Shown: positions 43,578 through 51,873, counted from the first letter of the stretch. The stretch is DNA of 55,695 nt from an uncultured Desulfobacterales bacterium (GCA_965195235.1 CBDAFK010000159.1:1-55695), one strand, 5' to 3'. The notes: a model not told the origin generated them from the sequence alone. Numbers and translations are program-made.

Positions 43578-44896
43578 CCAAGTCTCCTCAGCGCCCTGTA
43601 GGCATACTGTCGGCTGTACCAGTCGCCGGATGTCTCAATCCTTTTTATGATCTCTTCGATGGCGCCCGGGTCTTTCCTCTCCCCCAGGGCATAAAAGGCC
43701 ATGCAGACCACATTTTGATTGGGGTCATTCAGCATGGACAGGAGTTCGCTGTAAGTCTCCGGTTTCCGGCTTTTGCTCATAGCCTTTGCCAGCCAGTAAC
43801 GTTCAGGTATATTAGGACTTTTCAGCATCTTTTTATAAGCCCTGAGATCGCCTATCTCCATCCCTTTCCGCTCCATAATCTTCAGAGCCGCGACTCTGTC
43901 TTGCCAGTGTCCGGATTCCATGGCTTCAGGAAGATTGCCAACATCTATTGTCTTTCTGTCGGCGGAATAAAGTGAAATCAGGATAATGGCCCCTATCGCA
44001 AAACAGAGAATCGAGGCTGTGACAGAAGCTTTTTTTGAATCCATAAAAATACACGATGCAAGATAGAACAAAGCATAAAGTGTAATGTACAAAATAAGAG
44101 GAAATCCTGTTAGAAGACAGAAAAAGGTAAACTTCCGGAATGAGGAATGCCGGTCGCTCTTCAGGGAAAACTCTCTCAACACATCCCCGGACGCGGCAAG
44201 AAAATCCCCCTGCGCAATCCGGAGAATCGTTTTTCCCCTGTTATTAAATGCAAGCATTCCGCCATCTTCCGTTATCTCCAGATCGGCCTTTGGATATCCT
44301 CTTATATTAAGGTAGTCATGGTCAAGCAGCTTCTTTTCCAGTAGATTTGCCGTGGAATCCTTCATGCCTTCAAGTCTGCATGTCCTGAGTATCTTCTGGT
44401 CCAGGGATTTGAAGGCCTCCGCAGGATAGAGTGTGTATTTGTAATAGAAGTCGCTGATTTTTGTTCCAAAAGAATTGGACATGAGGAGATTGTCTCTGAT
44501 GTCGAGAAATACGTCGCCACCAGCACAGGGCAGCCACAAAAGCGCCAGGAGCAAGAGAGGGATAACGGGAGCAAATTCACCGAACCGGGTTCGCTGCCTT
44601 GTCCACGCAGGCATCCATTTCAGAGCTGCCGCTGAAACCACGGCAGGCACAAAGACAAAATACGCAGTAGCAGCGGGGCAAAAACCGTGGAAATTCACCC
44701 ACAAAAGGCACCCCATCCAGGACAGCAAGAGAAGGATCGGGAAAATCCTGCTTCGGGAGAAGAGGCGGTCCCATGTCCAGACCGCGGCAAGGGTCAGAAC
44801 GGAGAGGCCGGCACCCACAATCAGCGTGAAAAACAGACCTCCGAAAAAAGCAGGTGCAAATTCCTTTAGATAATGCACGGTATGCTGGTTAGGCAC
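43553..44896 (-). CDS. Polytopic membrane protein with C-terminal HEAT-repeat domain
   Basis: Multiple TM helices. C-terminal ..DRVAALKIMERKG.., ..NVVCMAFYALGERKDPGAIEEIIKRIE..WYSRQYAYRALRRLG (HEAT/PBS-lyase-like). Its 3' end overlaps the CPBP start by 25 nt. Confidence 0.7.
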   Translation of the reverse strand: MPNQHTVHYLKEFAPAFFGGLFFTLIVGAGLSVLTLAAVWTWDRLFSRSRIFPILLLLSWMGCLLWVNFHGFCPAATAYFVFVPAVVSAAALKWMPAWTRQRTRFGEFAPVIPLLLLALLWLPCAGGDVFLDIRDNLLMSNSFGTKISDFYYKYTLYPAEAFKSLDQKILRTCRLEGMKDSTANLLEKKLLDHDYLNIRGYPKADLEITEDGGMLAFNNRGKTILRIAQGDFLAASGDVLREFSLKSDRHSSFRKFTFFCLLTGFPLILYITLYALFYLASCIFMDSKKASVTASILCFAIGAIILISLYSADRKTIDVGNLPEAMESGHWQDRVAALKIMERKGMEIGDLRAYKKMLKSPNIPERYWLAKAMSKSRKPETYSELLSMLNDPNQNVVCMAFYALGERKDPGAIEEIIKRIETSGDWYSRQYAYRALRRLGWKQTGSK

Positions 44897-45060
44897 TACA
44901 AGATAGCCGGCTTCCTCATGGCCGTAAAGGTGCGGTAAAGACCGGCATTGGACAGGTAAACCTGTATAGTGGCTATAATCTGGGCCGTAAACAGACCTGG
45001 AAGAAGCACTCTAAATATGTTCATTTCAGGCAGCCGTTCGAATGAAAAGTTTGATAATCG

Positions 45061-45200
45061 GGGAGGTTGAAACCTCCCCTACCCTAAAATAATAAAATAG
45101 CACATTTGCCAACAGTGATGCAAATCCCATGTTGAAAATCCGCGTGTCGTGTGTTAGAAATTTTTATGGGTGGAATGGGAGGTTGAAACCTCCTTTACCC
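45061..45200. repeat. Two copies of a 24-nt hairpin-containing motif gggaggttgaaacctccYYtaccc (45061-45084, 45177-45200) upstream of gspI
   Basis: Read directly. Each copy contains the palindrome gggaggtt/aacctccc. Confidence 0.75.
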
Positions 45201-45224
45201 AGCAGTTGCAAAGAACTCTTATCA

Positions 45225-45596
45225 ATGTTACAAACCATGCGAATATTAAAGAAAAACGGCTTTACCCTTCTCGAGGTCATGATTGCCATGTCCATCCTTG
45301 CCATAACGCTCGTTGTGGTTTTTCAATCCCAGTCCCAGAGCATATCCATGGCAGGCAGGGCAAGGTTTGAAACCACTGCATCTTTTTTAGCGCAAAGCAA
45401 AATGGCGGAGATCGAGGCGGCAAATCCGGAAGAAATAGGCTCTAACAGCGGGAATTTCGGCGATGATTTTCCCGATTATTCATGGGAGGTGGATGTGACG
45501 GAAACAGAGATCGAACTCCTGAAAAAAATTGAGGTTAAGGTTGTAAATGAGAGAATGACGTCGAATAATTCATTCAGACTTGTGCTTTATAGATAG
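45225..45596 (+). CDS. gspI: T2SS minor pseudopilin GspI-like
   Basis: Prepilin N-terminus KKNGFTLLEVMIAMSILAI. About 120 aa. First gene of the pseudopilin series. Start 45225 or 45237. Confidence 0.75.
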   Translation: MLQTMRILKKNGFTLLEVMIAMSILAITLVVVFQSQSQSISMAGRARFETTASFLAQSKMAEIEAANPEEIGSNSGNFGDDFPDYSWEVDVTETEIELLKKIEVKVVNERMTSNNSFRLVLYR

Positions 45597-45665
45597 GCTG
45601 AAGGCTGTTAGGCTGAAGACTGTTAGTTGGATAGGCTGAAGGCTGTTAAGCTGTTAGGCTGAAGG
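45593..45665. repeat. Octamer array of aggctgNN units (aggctgaa/aggctgtt)
   Basis: Read directly. The first unit supplies the TAG stop of gspI, and the last units form the SD (gaaggag) of the 4HB gene. Confidence 0.9.
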
Positions 45666-45673
45666 AGAAAATC

Positions 45674-46027
45674 ATGCGTGATCATACTAAGCTCAGAGCG
45701 TTTGAACTATCTGACGAAGTGGTGCTTTTGATCTATCGAGCAACCAGGAAATTCCCCAAAGAGGAAATATATGGGTTGACCTCCCAAATGAGAAGAGCGG
45801 CGGTTTCAGTTCCATCAAACATAGTTGAAGGGTGCGCACGTGAGAGTCAGGCCGAGTATCTCCGCTTTCTTGAAATCGCGTTAGGCTCCTTAAGGGAGTT
45901 GCATTATCAGTTTGGTCTATCAAAACGTTTGGGGTATTCTGATGAACATGATATTTCTGATTGTGAATCAAAAATTGTGGAGACTGAGAAAGTTTTGGGT
46001 GCTCTGCTTCGATCAATGCGGAGATAG
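45674..46027 (+). CDS. Four-helix-bundle protein (23S rRNA IVS protein family), copy 2
   Basis: YGLTSQMRRAAVSVPSNIVEGCAR, FLEIALGSLRELHYQ. Confidence 0.9.
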   Translation: MRDHTKLRAFELSDEVVLLIYRATRKFPKEEIYGLTSQMRRAAVSVPSNIVEGCARESQAEYLRFLEIALGSLRELHYQFGLSKRLGYSDEHDISDCESKIVETEKVLGALLRSMRR

Positions 46028-46154
46028 GCTTAATTAGGCTGTAGGCTATTAGGCTGAAGGCTGTTAGGCTAAACAACCTAACCTAAATGCCTTCAGCCTA
46101 TAGCCTAAACAACCTAACCCTAACAGCCTACTAACAGACTACAGCCTAAAAAGC
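46024..46154. repeat. Palindromic double array: aggctNNN units forward (46024-46070), then reverse-complement units (46089-46154)
   Basis: Read directly. Supplies the TAG stop of 4HB copy 2. Confidence 0.9.
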
Positions 46155-46163
46155 TAAAAGACT

Positions 46164-46829
46164 ATGCAAAAAAGAAACGGGTTCACACTGATTGAGATAC
46201 TTATCGCCATATTTATACTGGCGACGGTCCTGACAACGGTATATGCCGCATATACCGGAACTTTCAGGATTGTAAAGGATACAGCGTATGCTGATGACAT
46301 CTACAGCATGGCAAGGGGCGCCATGAAAAGAATGACTGAAGATCTGGAGTCGTCCTGCAAGCACATGGATTCTTTCAGCTTCACCTCCGTGAAGGCCGAG
46401 ACGGAAATGGGGGAGTTCACTGAGCTGTCATTTCTTTCGTTTGCGCATCTGGACTTTGATGATGAAAAAACCTCGGGCATTGCCGTTATAAACTACTTCA
46501 TTGTGGAGGATGATGAGAAAGAGAGCTGCGTGCTGAAACGAAGGGATGAGCTGTACATGGATAAAATAGAAGGCGCGGAGGAAGATGCCTCGAGAAAAGG
46601 GGGATATGCCCTCTGTAACAGGCTGCAATCCCTGGCATATAAGTTTTACGACAGCAAAGGGGAGGAGTACGATTCCTGGGATTCGAACTCTGACCTGGAA
46701 ACACAGAAAGACAGCGCCCCGTCTGTTGTATCCATACAGATGGATTTTATAAATCCCGATGACAGAGACAAGCCTTACAGGTTTATGACAAAGGTATTTC
46801 TGCCAATGGCGGGGAGTTTAGAAGATTAG
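46164..46829 (+). CDS. gspJ: T2SS minor pseudopilin GspJ-like
   Basis: QKRNGFTLIEILIAIFILATV prepilin N-terminus, 221 aa. Confidence 0.75.
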   Translation: MQKRNGFTLIEILIAIFILATVLTTVYAAYTGTFRIVKDTAYADDIYSMARGAMKRMTEDLESSCKHMDSFSFTSVKAETEMGEFTELSFLSFAHLDFDDEKTSGIAVINYFIVEDDEKESCVLKRRDELYMDKIEGAEEDASRKGGYALCNRLQSLAYKFYDSKGEEYDSWDSNSDLETQKDSAPSVVSIQMDFINPDDRDKPYRFMTKVFLPMAGSLED

Positions 46830-47009
46830 AGGATTAGAAGGTTAGAAGATTAGAAGGTTAGAAGATTAGAAGGTTAGAAAATTAGAAGGTTGGAAGATTG
46901 GAAGATTAGAAGGTTGGAAAATTAGAAGGTTGGAAGGTGGGAAGGTGGGAAGATTGGAAGGTTAGAAGGTTGGAAGGTTGGAAGATTAGAAGGTTGGAAG
47001 GTGAGGAAG
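46818..47009. repeat. 24-unit octamer array ttRgaaNN (gattagaa/ggttagaa/ggttggaa...)
   Basis: Units counted by hand. Encodes the last 3 aa plus the TAG stop of gspJ and fills the spacer to within 1 nt of the next ATG. Confidence 0.95.
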
Positions 47010-47010
47010 C

Positions 47011-47394
47011 ATGGAAAGGAAACGGGATATTAGGCATTTCAGGGATTTGGATGTTTACAGGCGGGCTTTTGATGCTGCAATGGAGATTTTTCAAATGACC
47101 AAGGGGTTCCCTTCTGAAGAGAAATTTTCTCTGGTTGATCAGATTCGAAGGTCATCAAGATCTGTATGCGCCAACTTGGCAGAAGGGTGGCGGAAAAGAC
47201 GTTATCCTGCCGTTTTCAAGAACAAGGTGACAGATTCTATGCAAGAAGCATCCGAAACGCAGTGCTGGTTGGAATTTTCTTTGGCATGCAAGTATATTAA
47301 TAAAAATACCTTCAGTAAGCTTGATAATGAATACGAGCAGCTTATTTCAATGCTCAATTCCATGGAAATGAACGCTAAGAAATTCTGTTTTTAA
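47011..47394 (+). CDS. Four-helix-bundle protein (23S rRNA IVS protein family), copy 3
   Basis: FRDLDVYRRAF, LVDQIRRSSRSVCANLAEGWRKR. Confidence 0.9.
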   Translation: MERKRDIRHFRDLDVYRRAFDAAMEIFQMTKGFPSEEKFSLVDQIRRSSRSVCANLAEGWRKRRYPAVFKNKVTDSMQEASETQCWLEFSLACKYINKNTFSKLDNEYEQLISMLNSMEMNAKKFCF

Positions 47395-47401
47395 AGGCTT
47401 G

Positions 47402-47440
47402 TTCTTCTAATTTTCCTAACTTCTTACCTTCTGATTTTCT
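47402..47440. repeat. Short array ttcttcta attttcct aacttctt accttctg attttct, the reverse-complement orientation of the 46818 array
   Basis: Read directly. Confidence 0.8.
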
Positions 47441-47460
47441 TGCATTACAAAGGGGTCGGA

Positions 47461-48438
47461 ATGATAAAGGTCTTGATGAATGAAAGGGGCGTGGCCCTGA
47501 TACTTGTGATACTGATGATCAGCATCATTATCGCTGTCACTCTCCAGTTGAATATTTCCTCAAGGTCTGAGATATATGAAGCCGCAAATCTTGGGGACGG
47601 TATCAGGGCCACCTGCGCTGCCAAGTCCGGGTTTTACATGGGAGAGGCGCTTCTGGCTGAAGACACAAACAACTTTGATTCCCTGAATGAAGACTGGGCA
47701 AATCTGGAATCAGTTTCCGCCGGCTCAGGAACCCTTTTTGACGGAGAACATTTCGGGTTGAATATCGAGGATGAATCCGGTAAAATTCCAATCAACAGCC
47801 TTATAAAAGAGAATGATGAATACAACGACGGCATCAAGGAACTCCTGAAAAGGTTTCTGAGTTTGCCGGAATTTGACATAGATGAGCAGCAGGTCCGTGA
47901 CATTGTGGATGCGGTCAAAGACTGGATGGATGAAGATAACGAAGTAACCGGGTTTAGCGCTGAAAACATGTACTACGGAGGACTGGAAAAGCCGTATTCA
48001 TGCAAAAATGCCCCCCTGGATTGCATTGAAGAACTTTTAATGATAAAGGGAATTACTGAAGATTTGTATTACGGCGCGGGCGAGACACCCGGCATCGCAA
48101 AGTATCTCACACTGCACGGCAAGGGGGAAATAAACATCAATACCGCTCCGAATTTGATTTTGAAGGCGCTTTCGGATGAAATTACTAATGAAATGGTCTC
48201 TGATATGGATGAATTCCGAAGAGATGAAGAAAACGACCTTTCGAAATCCACATGGCATAAAGATATCTCTGGAATGAAGAATATACCCATTGATTCCAAG
48301 CTGATAACCGCAAAGAGCGATATATTCAGGATCACATCCACAGGTTATATGAATGATATCAGCAAAAGGGTAAGCGGAGTAATCGAAAGACACATCGACG
48401 GCAGAGCAGTAAAGATATTGTCCTGGAGGGCGGACTGA
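47461..48438 (+). CDS. gspK: T2SS minor pseudopilin GspK-like
   Basis: NERGVALILVILMISII N-terminus and GKGEININTAP motif, both typical of GspK. Confidence 0.8.
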   Translation: MIKVLMNERGVALILVILMISIIIAVTLQLNISSRSEIYEAANLGDGIRATCAAKSGFYMGEALLAEDTNNFDSLNEDWANLESVSAGSGTLFDGEHFGLNIEDESGKIPINSLIKENDEYNDGIKELLKRFLSLPEFDIDEQQVRDIVDAVKDWMDEDNEVTGFSAENMYYGGLEKPYSCKNAPLDCIEELLMIKGITEDLYYGAGETPGIAKYLTLHGKGEININTAPNLILKALSDEITNEMVSDMDEFRRDEENDLSKSTWHKDISGMKNIPIDSKLITAKSDIFRITSTGYMNDISKRVSGVIERHIDGRAVKILSWRAD

Positions 48439-49967
48439 TGCCGGAAAAGATCCTTGGTCTTGATATCGGAAGAAACAGCATAAAGGCAGTCCAGGTCATG
48501 GCCGGCATCAGGGGGTATGAGGTTGCCCGTATAGCCCTGGTGGATATTGATGACGAAGGCGGGACAGAAGAGGCCCTCAAAAAACTGTTCAAAAGCGGCA
48601 TATTCACAGACAGCATATGCATAACCGCGCTTCCCGCAAAGGAGTTTTTCTTCCGCAACATAAGGCTTCCCTTTAAAGATAAAAAGAAAATCAGCCAGAC
48701 CATCGCATACGAACTTGAACCGCTCATCCCCTGCCCCGCAGATGATGTCCTGATAGATTACATTATTACAGATCAGACAGACCAGACAGATATATTCTCT
48801 GCCGCGGTTGCCAAATCCGCCGCAGGTGATCTAATCAAATATCTCAAGAAATGCAATGTAGAAGCATCGATAATGGACATAGATGCAGTTCCCGTGGTCT
48901 CAAGGCTTCTGACCAGCTATACTGACATGACGGGGTGCGGGCTTCTTTTAGATATCGGCGCCGGAGATACCACGGGCGTGATTTTCGATAAAAGTGGAAT
49001 CATTAACATCAGGCGCTTCCCGTTTGGGGGAGAAAAGATCACAAAAGCCATTGCAAAGGCCCTGAAAATTGAGTTTTCGGAGGCTGAAAAAAGAAAGAGG
49101 TTGAGCGATACAGATGAGGCCGGGGAAGAAATTTCGGCGGTGTGCGGGAGGTTCTTTTCTGAAGTCAAAAATACGCTGCTATCCCTCAGCTTAAAAGGTC
49201 ATCTCAAAGAAGATCCCACAAAGGTCTTTCTTACCGGAGGCGGGGGGCTTTACCTGCCTCTTCAGAAAAAGATGGAAACCTTTTTTTCTCTTCCAATAGA
49301 AATGGTTGATATCTCAGCAGCAGACGATATCGTGATGGAAAAAGAGGCCGGAAAAGACTGGAATCCCATGCTGATGAACCAGGCCCTTGCCCTCGCAATT
49401 AGAGAAACAAAGAAGAACGCTGGATTTAACTTTGCCCGTGGAGAATTCGGGCCGAAAAGAAAATATGAAAAATTCCGGAAGGATTTTAAGTGGGCATCGG
49501 CGATTCTTTTCATAATAGTCTGCGCATTCGGAGTTGACCTGTACATAGACTACCATTATGACAGGGCACACCTGAACAGACTTAAACACGAAATAACAGA
49601 TGTCTTTAAAAAGACCTGCCCTGAAGTTACAAGGATAGTTGATCCAATACAGCAGTTGAAGGTCAGAATAGCAGAAGCTAAAAATTCTTCCTCAGGGCTG
49701 AATAGCGCCGGGTCCGGGATAAGGACGCTGGATATAATAAAGGATATTTCCCGGCTTGTTCCGGAATCAACAGACTTTCTCATCACGAGTTTCACGTTTG
49801 ATGGCGCTGCGGTGAAGATTAAGGGTGAAACCGACAATTTCAATACCGTTGACAACATAAAAAACAGTCTCGGCAAATCGAACTATTTTAAAAATGTTAC
49901 GATAAGCTCGGCCACACTCATCAAAAAGGGAACCAGGGTCGGGGTTGATTTGAGAATGGGACTTTAA
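48438..49967 (+). CDS. gspL: GspL-like assembly protein (PilM-type actin-fold N-domain, TM, PilN/GspL periplasmic domain)
   Basis: ILGLDIGRNSIKAVQV, LLLDIGAGDTTG, LTGGGG. One TM (WASAILFIIVCAFGVDLYI). The ATG overlaps the gspK TGA. Confidence 0.7.
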   Translation: MPEKILGLDIGRNSIKAVQVMAGIRGYEVARIALVDIDDEGGTEEALKKLFKSGIFTDSICITALPAKEFFFRNIRLPFKDKKKISQTIAYELEPLIPCPADDVLIDYIITDQTDQTDIFSAAVAKSAAGDLIKYLKKCNVEASIMDIDAVPVVSRLLTSYTDMTGCGLLLDIGAGDTTGVIFDKSGIINIRRFPFGGEKITKAIAKALKIEFSEAEKRKRLSDTDEAGEEISAVCGRFFSEVKNTLLSLSLKGHLKEDPTKVFLTGGGGLYLPLQKKMETFFSLPIEMVDISAADDIVMEKEAGKDWNPMLMNQALALAIRETKKNAGFNFARGEFGPKRKYEKFRKDFKWASAILFIIVCAFGVDLYIDYHYDRAHLNRLKHEITDVFKKTCPEVTRIVDPIQQLKVRIAEAKNSSSGLNSAGSGIRTLDIIKDISRLVPESTDFLITSFTFDGAAVKIKGETDNFNTVDNIKNSLGKSNYFKNVTISSATLIKKGTRVGVDLRMGL

Positions 49968-49977
49968 CTACTCAGGT

Positions 49978-50278
49978 GGATTAGAGGATTAGAGGATTAG
50001 AAGGTGGGAAGAAATGAACATCGAACATCGAACGTCCAACATCGAATCTTGAATGGAAAAAATGAAGAAACAAAAATAGTCTTTGGATATTTGTATTGTT
50101 TTTTCAATTTTAAAATAATTTGAAGAGCGAAGCGACATCATTATTCGACGTTCGATGTTCAATGTTCGATGTTGGACGTTCATCTTTTTATATAAAACAT
50201 CGAATGTTGAATGGAAAGAAACAAAAGGCAAAAGACTGGAAAAAAAAGATGAACATCGAATATTGAATGAGAAAAAGG
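49978..50278. repeat. Composite repeat spacer
   Basis: Components are gattagag octamers, gaacatc heptamers (50014-50050), an inverted copy (50140-50182), and three catcgaatNttgaatgRaaa modules. Read directly. Confidence 0.85.
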
Positions 50279-50341
50279 TTAGAGGTTTAAAATTTTTGCG
50301 GCTTTGCGTGAGCCATTTTGAGACAGGATTAGGGGATAGTT

Positions 50342-50887
50342 TTGGATTTTTGGACAAAATTTAAGTTAAAACTGACAAGGCAGGAAAGATATTACGTATC
50401 TGCATGCGTTGCCCTAATTGCTCTTTTTATCATCTTCCAGTTTATCCTGTCTCCTTTTTTTGAGGCAAAGGGGAATGTCAAACGTTCTATTCAGGCAAAG
50501 GAAAAGACACTGAAAGAGCTTGTCTCCCTAGGTTCGGAATACGGGGCGCTGAAAGAGGATTCGGTGGACATCAAGAAGAGGCTTGCCCTCAGATCTAAAA
50601 ATTTTACTCTGTTTTCCTTTCTCGAAAAACAGGCCGGTCGAAGCGGGATAAAACCAGGCATAAAATATATGAAACCCTCTGCCTCAATAGACAAGGGAAA
50701 CTACAAAGAATCATCTGTGGAAATGAAACTGGAAAACATCACGCTGAAACAGCTCGTCGAATATTTGTATCTCATAGAGTCGCCTGAAAATCTGGTCAGG
50801 ATCAAGAGGATTTCCGTAAAACAAAGCAAGGGAAGCCCGGAATACATGACCGCGCTGATCCATCTGGTGACATATCTGGAAGATTAG
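50342..50887 (+). CDS. gspM: GspM-like T2SS protein
   Basis: N-terminal TM (YYVSACVALIALFIIFQFIL), then ..LKQLVEYLYLIES..VRIKRISVKQ... TTG start is tentative. Confidence 0.65.
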   Translation: MDFWTKFKLKLTRQERYYVSACVALIALFIIFQFILSPFFEAKGNVKRSIQAKEKTLKELVSLGSEYGALKEDSVDIKKRLALRSKNFTLFSFLEKQAGRSGIKPGIKYMKPSASIDKGNYKESSVEMKLENITLKQLVEYLYLIESPENLVRIKRISVKQSKGSPEYMTALIHLVTYLED

Positions 50888-51039
50888 AAGGTGAGAAGAT
50901 TAGAAGGTGAGAAGATTAGAAGATTGGCTCGTTGCTCGTTGCTCGTTGCTCGTTGCTGGTTGCTCGTTGCTGGTTGCTCGTTGAACTGTAAACTGTGAAC
51001 TGTGAACTGTGAACCCTGAACCTTTGAACCGTGAACCGT
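50877..51039. repeat. Three concatenated arrays: gattagaaggtgagaa octamers, gctcgtt heptamers x8, and gaactgt/gaacc heptamers
   Basis: Read directly. Encodes the last residues and the TAG stop of gspM. Confidence 0.95.
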
Positions 51040-51046
51040 TACAAAC

Positions 51047-51868
51047 ATGAAAACTAAAAAATGGATTGCATATACGATATACGGCGTGCTGATTACGGCT
51101 GCCTTCCTGTATTTGCGCTTCCCTTCGGACAGCGCGGGAAGGTATATCAAATCAATTGTCGCGGACCGCAACCCGGACATCGTCCTTTCGTTTGATTCTG
51201 TAATGCCCTGTCTTCCGCCGGGGATAAGGCTTCATAGCCTTTCCGTCGGCTTTAAAGACAAACCGGGTTCAACCCTCAAAGCCGATGTCGCAAAAATACG
51301 GCCTGCCCTTTTAAAACTTCTTTCCGGTAAACTGGCGCTGCTTTTTAATGCAGATGCATACGAAGGGCATATAAATGCGGATATAGGTTTCACAAACCGC
51401 TTTTCATGCAAAGGACCTGTCAGGGTAAATGTCGATCTGGATAACATTAATATCGGGAAATGTGCTTATATCAAGGCGGCAAGCAGCCGCAAGATTGACG
51501 GCAGGCTCGGTGGAACCATGTCGTATAATGGAAAATGGAATGGACTTATCAATGGCGCAGGCAGCGCAAACATCGTGCTCCTTGACGGAAACATACAGCT
51601 TTTGGGAGATATATTTGGCCTCAATGAGGTAAACTTTGATAAAATGGAAGTAGATATGACCCTCAAAAATCGCACCATTAAAATAGCTGGATTGGACGTA
51701 ACGGGAAAACAGCTCAGCGGATCCTTTGCTGGAAACATATTTCTTGACAGGGATATCATGCAAAGCAGGCTTGCCATAAAGGGCGATCTAAAAATTCCTG
51801 CGTTGGATAAAAAGGTTTCAACTACTCTGAAGGGAACGGTGTCCAAACCCGTACCGGGGTTTATGTAG
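51047..51868 (+). CDS. gspN: GspN-like T2SS protein
   Basis: N-terminal TM, about 270 aa beta-rich. Position after gspM. Assignment rests mainly on context. Confidence 0.5.
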   Translation: MKTKKWIAYTIYGVLITAAFLYLRFPSDSAGRYIKSIVADRNPDIVLSFDSVMPCLPPGIRLHSLSVGFKDKPGSTLKADVAKIRPALLKLLSGKLALLFNADAYEGHINADIGFTNRFSCKGPVRVNVDLDNINIGKCAYIKAASSRKIDGRLGGTMSYNGKWNGLINGAGSANIVLLDGNIQLLGDIFGLNEVNFDKMEVDMTLKNRTIKIAGLDVTGKQLSGSFAGNIFLDRDIMQSRLAIKGDLKIPALDKKVSTTLKGTVSKPVPGFM

Positions 51869-51873
51869 GAAGA

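Noticed and set aside
45090-45110. Sigma54 promoter (tagcacatttgcc) upstream of gspI
   Set aside because: The spacing and the GG/GC dinucleotides do not fit TGGCAC-N5-TTGC.
46906-47094. Track ORFs lying in or antisense to repeat arrays (e.g. 46906-47094 -, 50884-51180 -, 52850-53059 -, 52929-53186 -, 11170-11445 -, 49989-50357 -, N-terminal part of 20013-20435 -)
   Set aside because: Their periodic low-complexity peptides (PSNLLTF.., KGSKVQRF.., NIQHRTSNIE..) are direct translations of stop-free tandem units. They have no SD and no independent coding signal.
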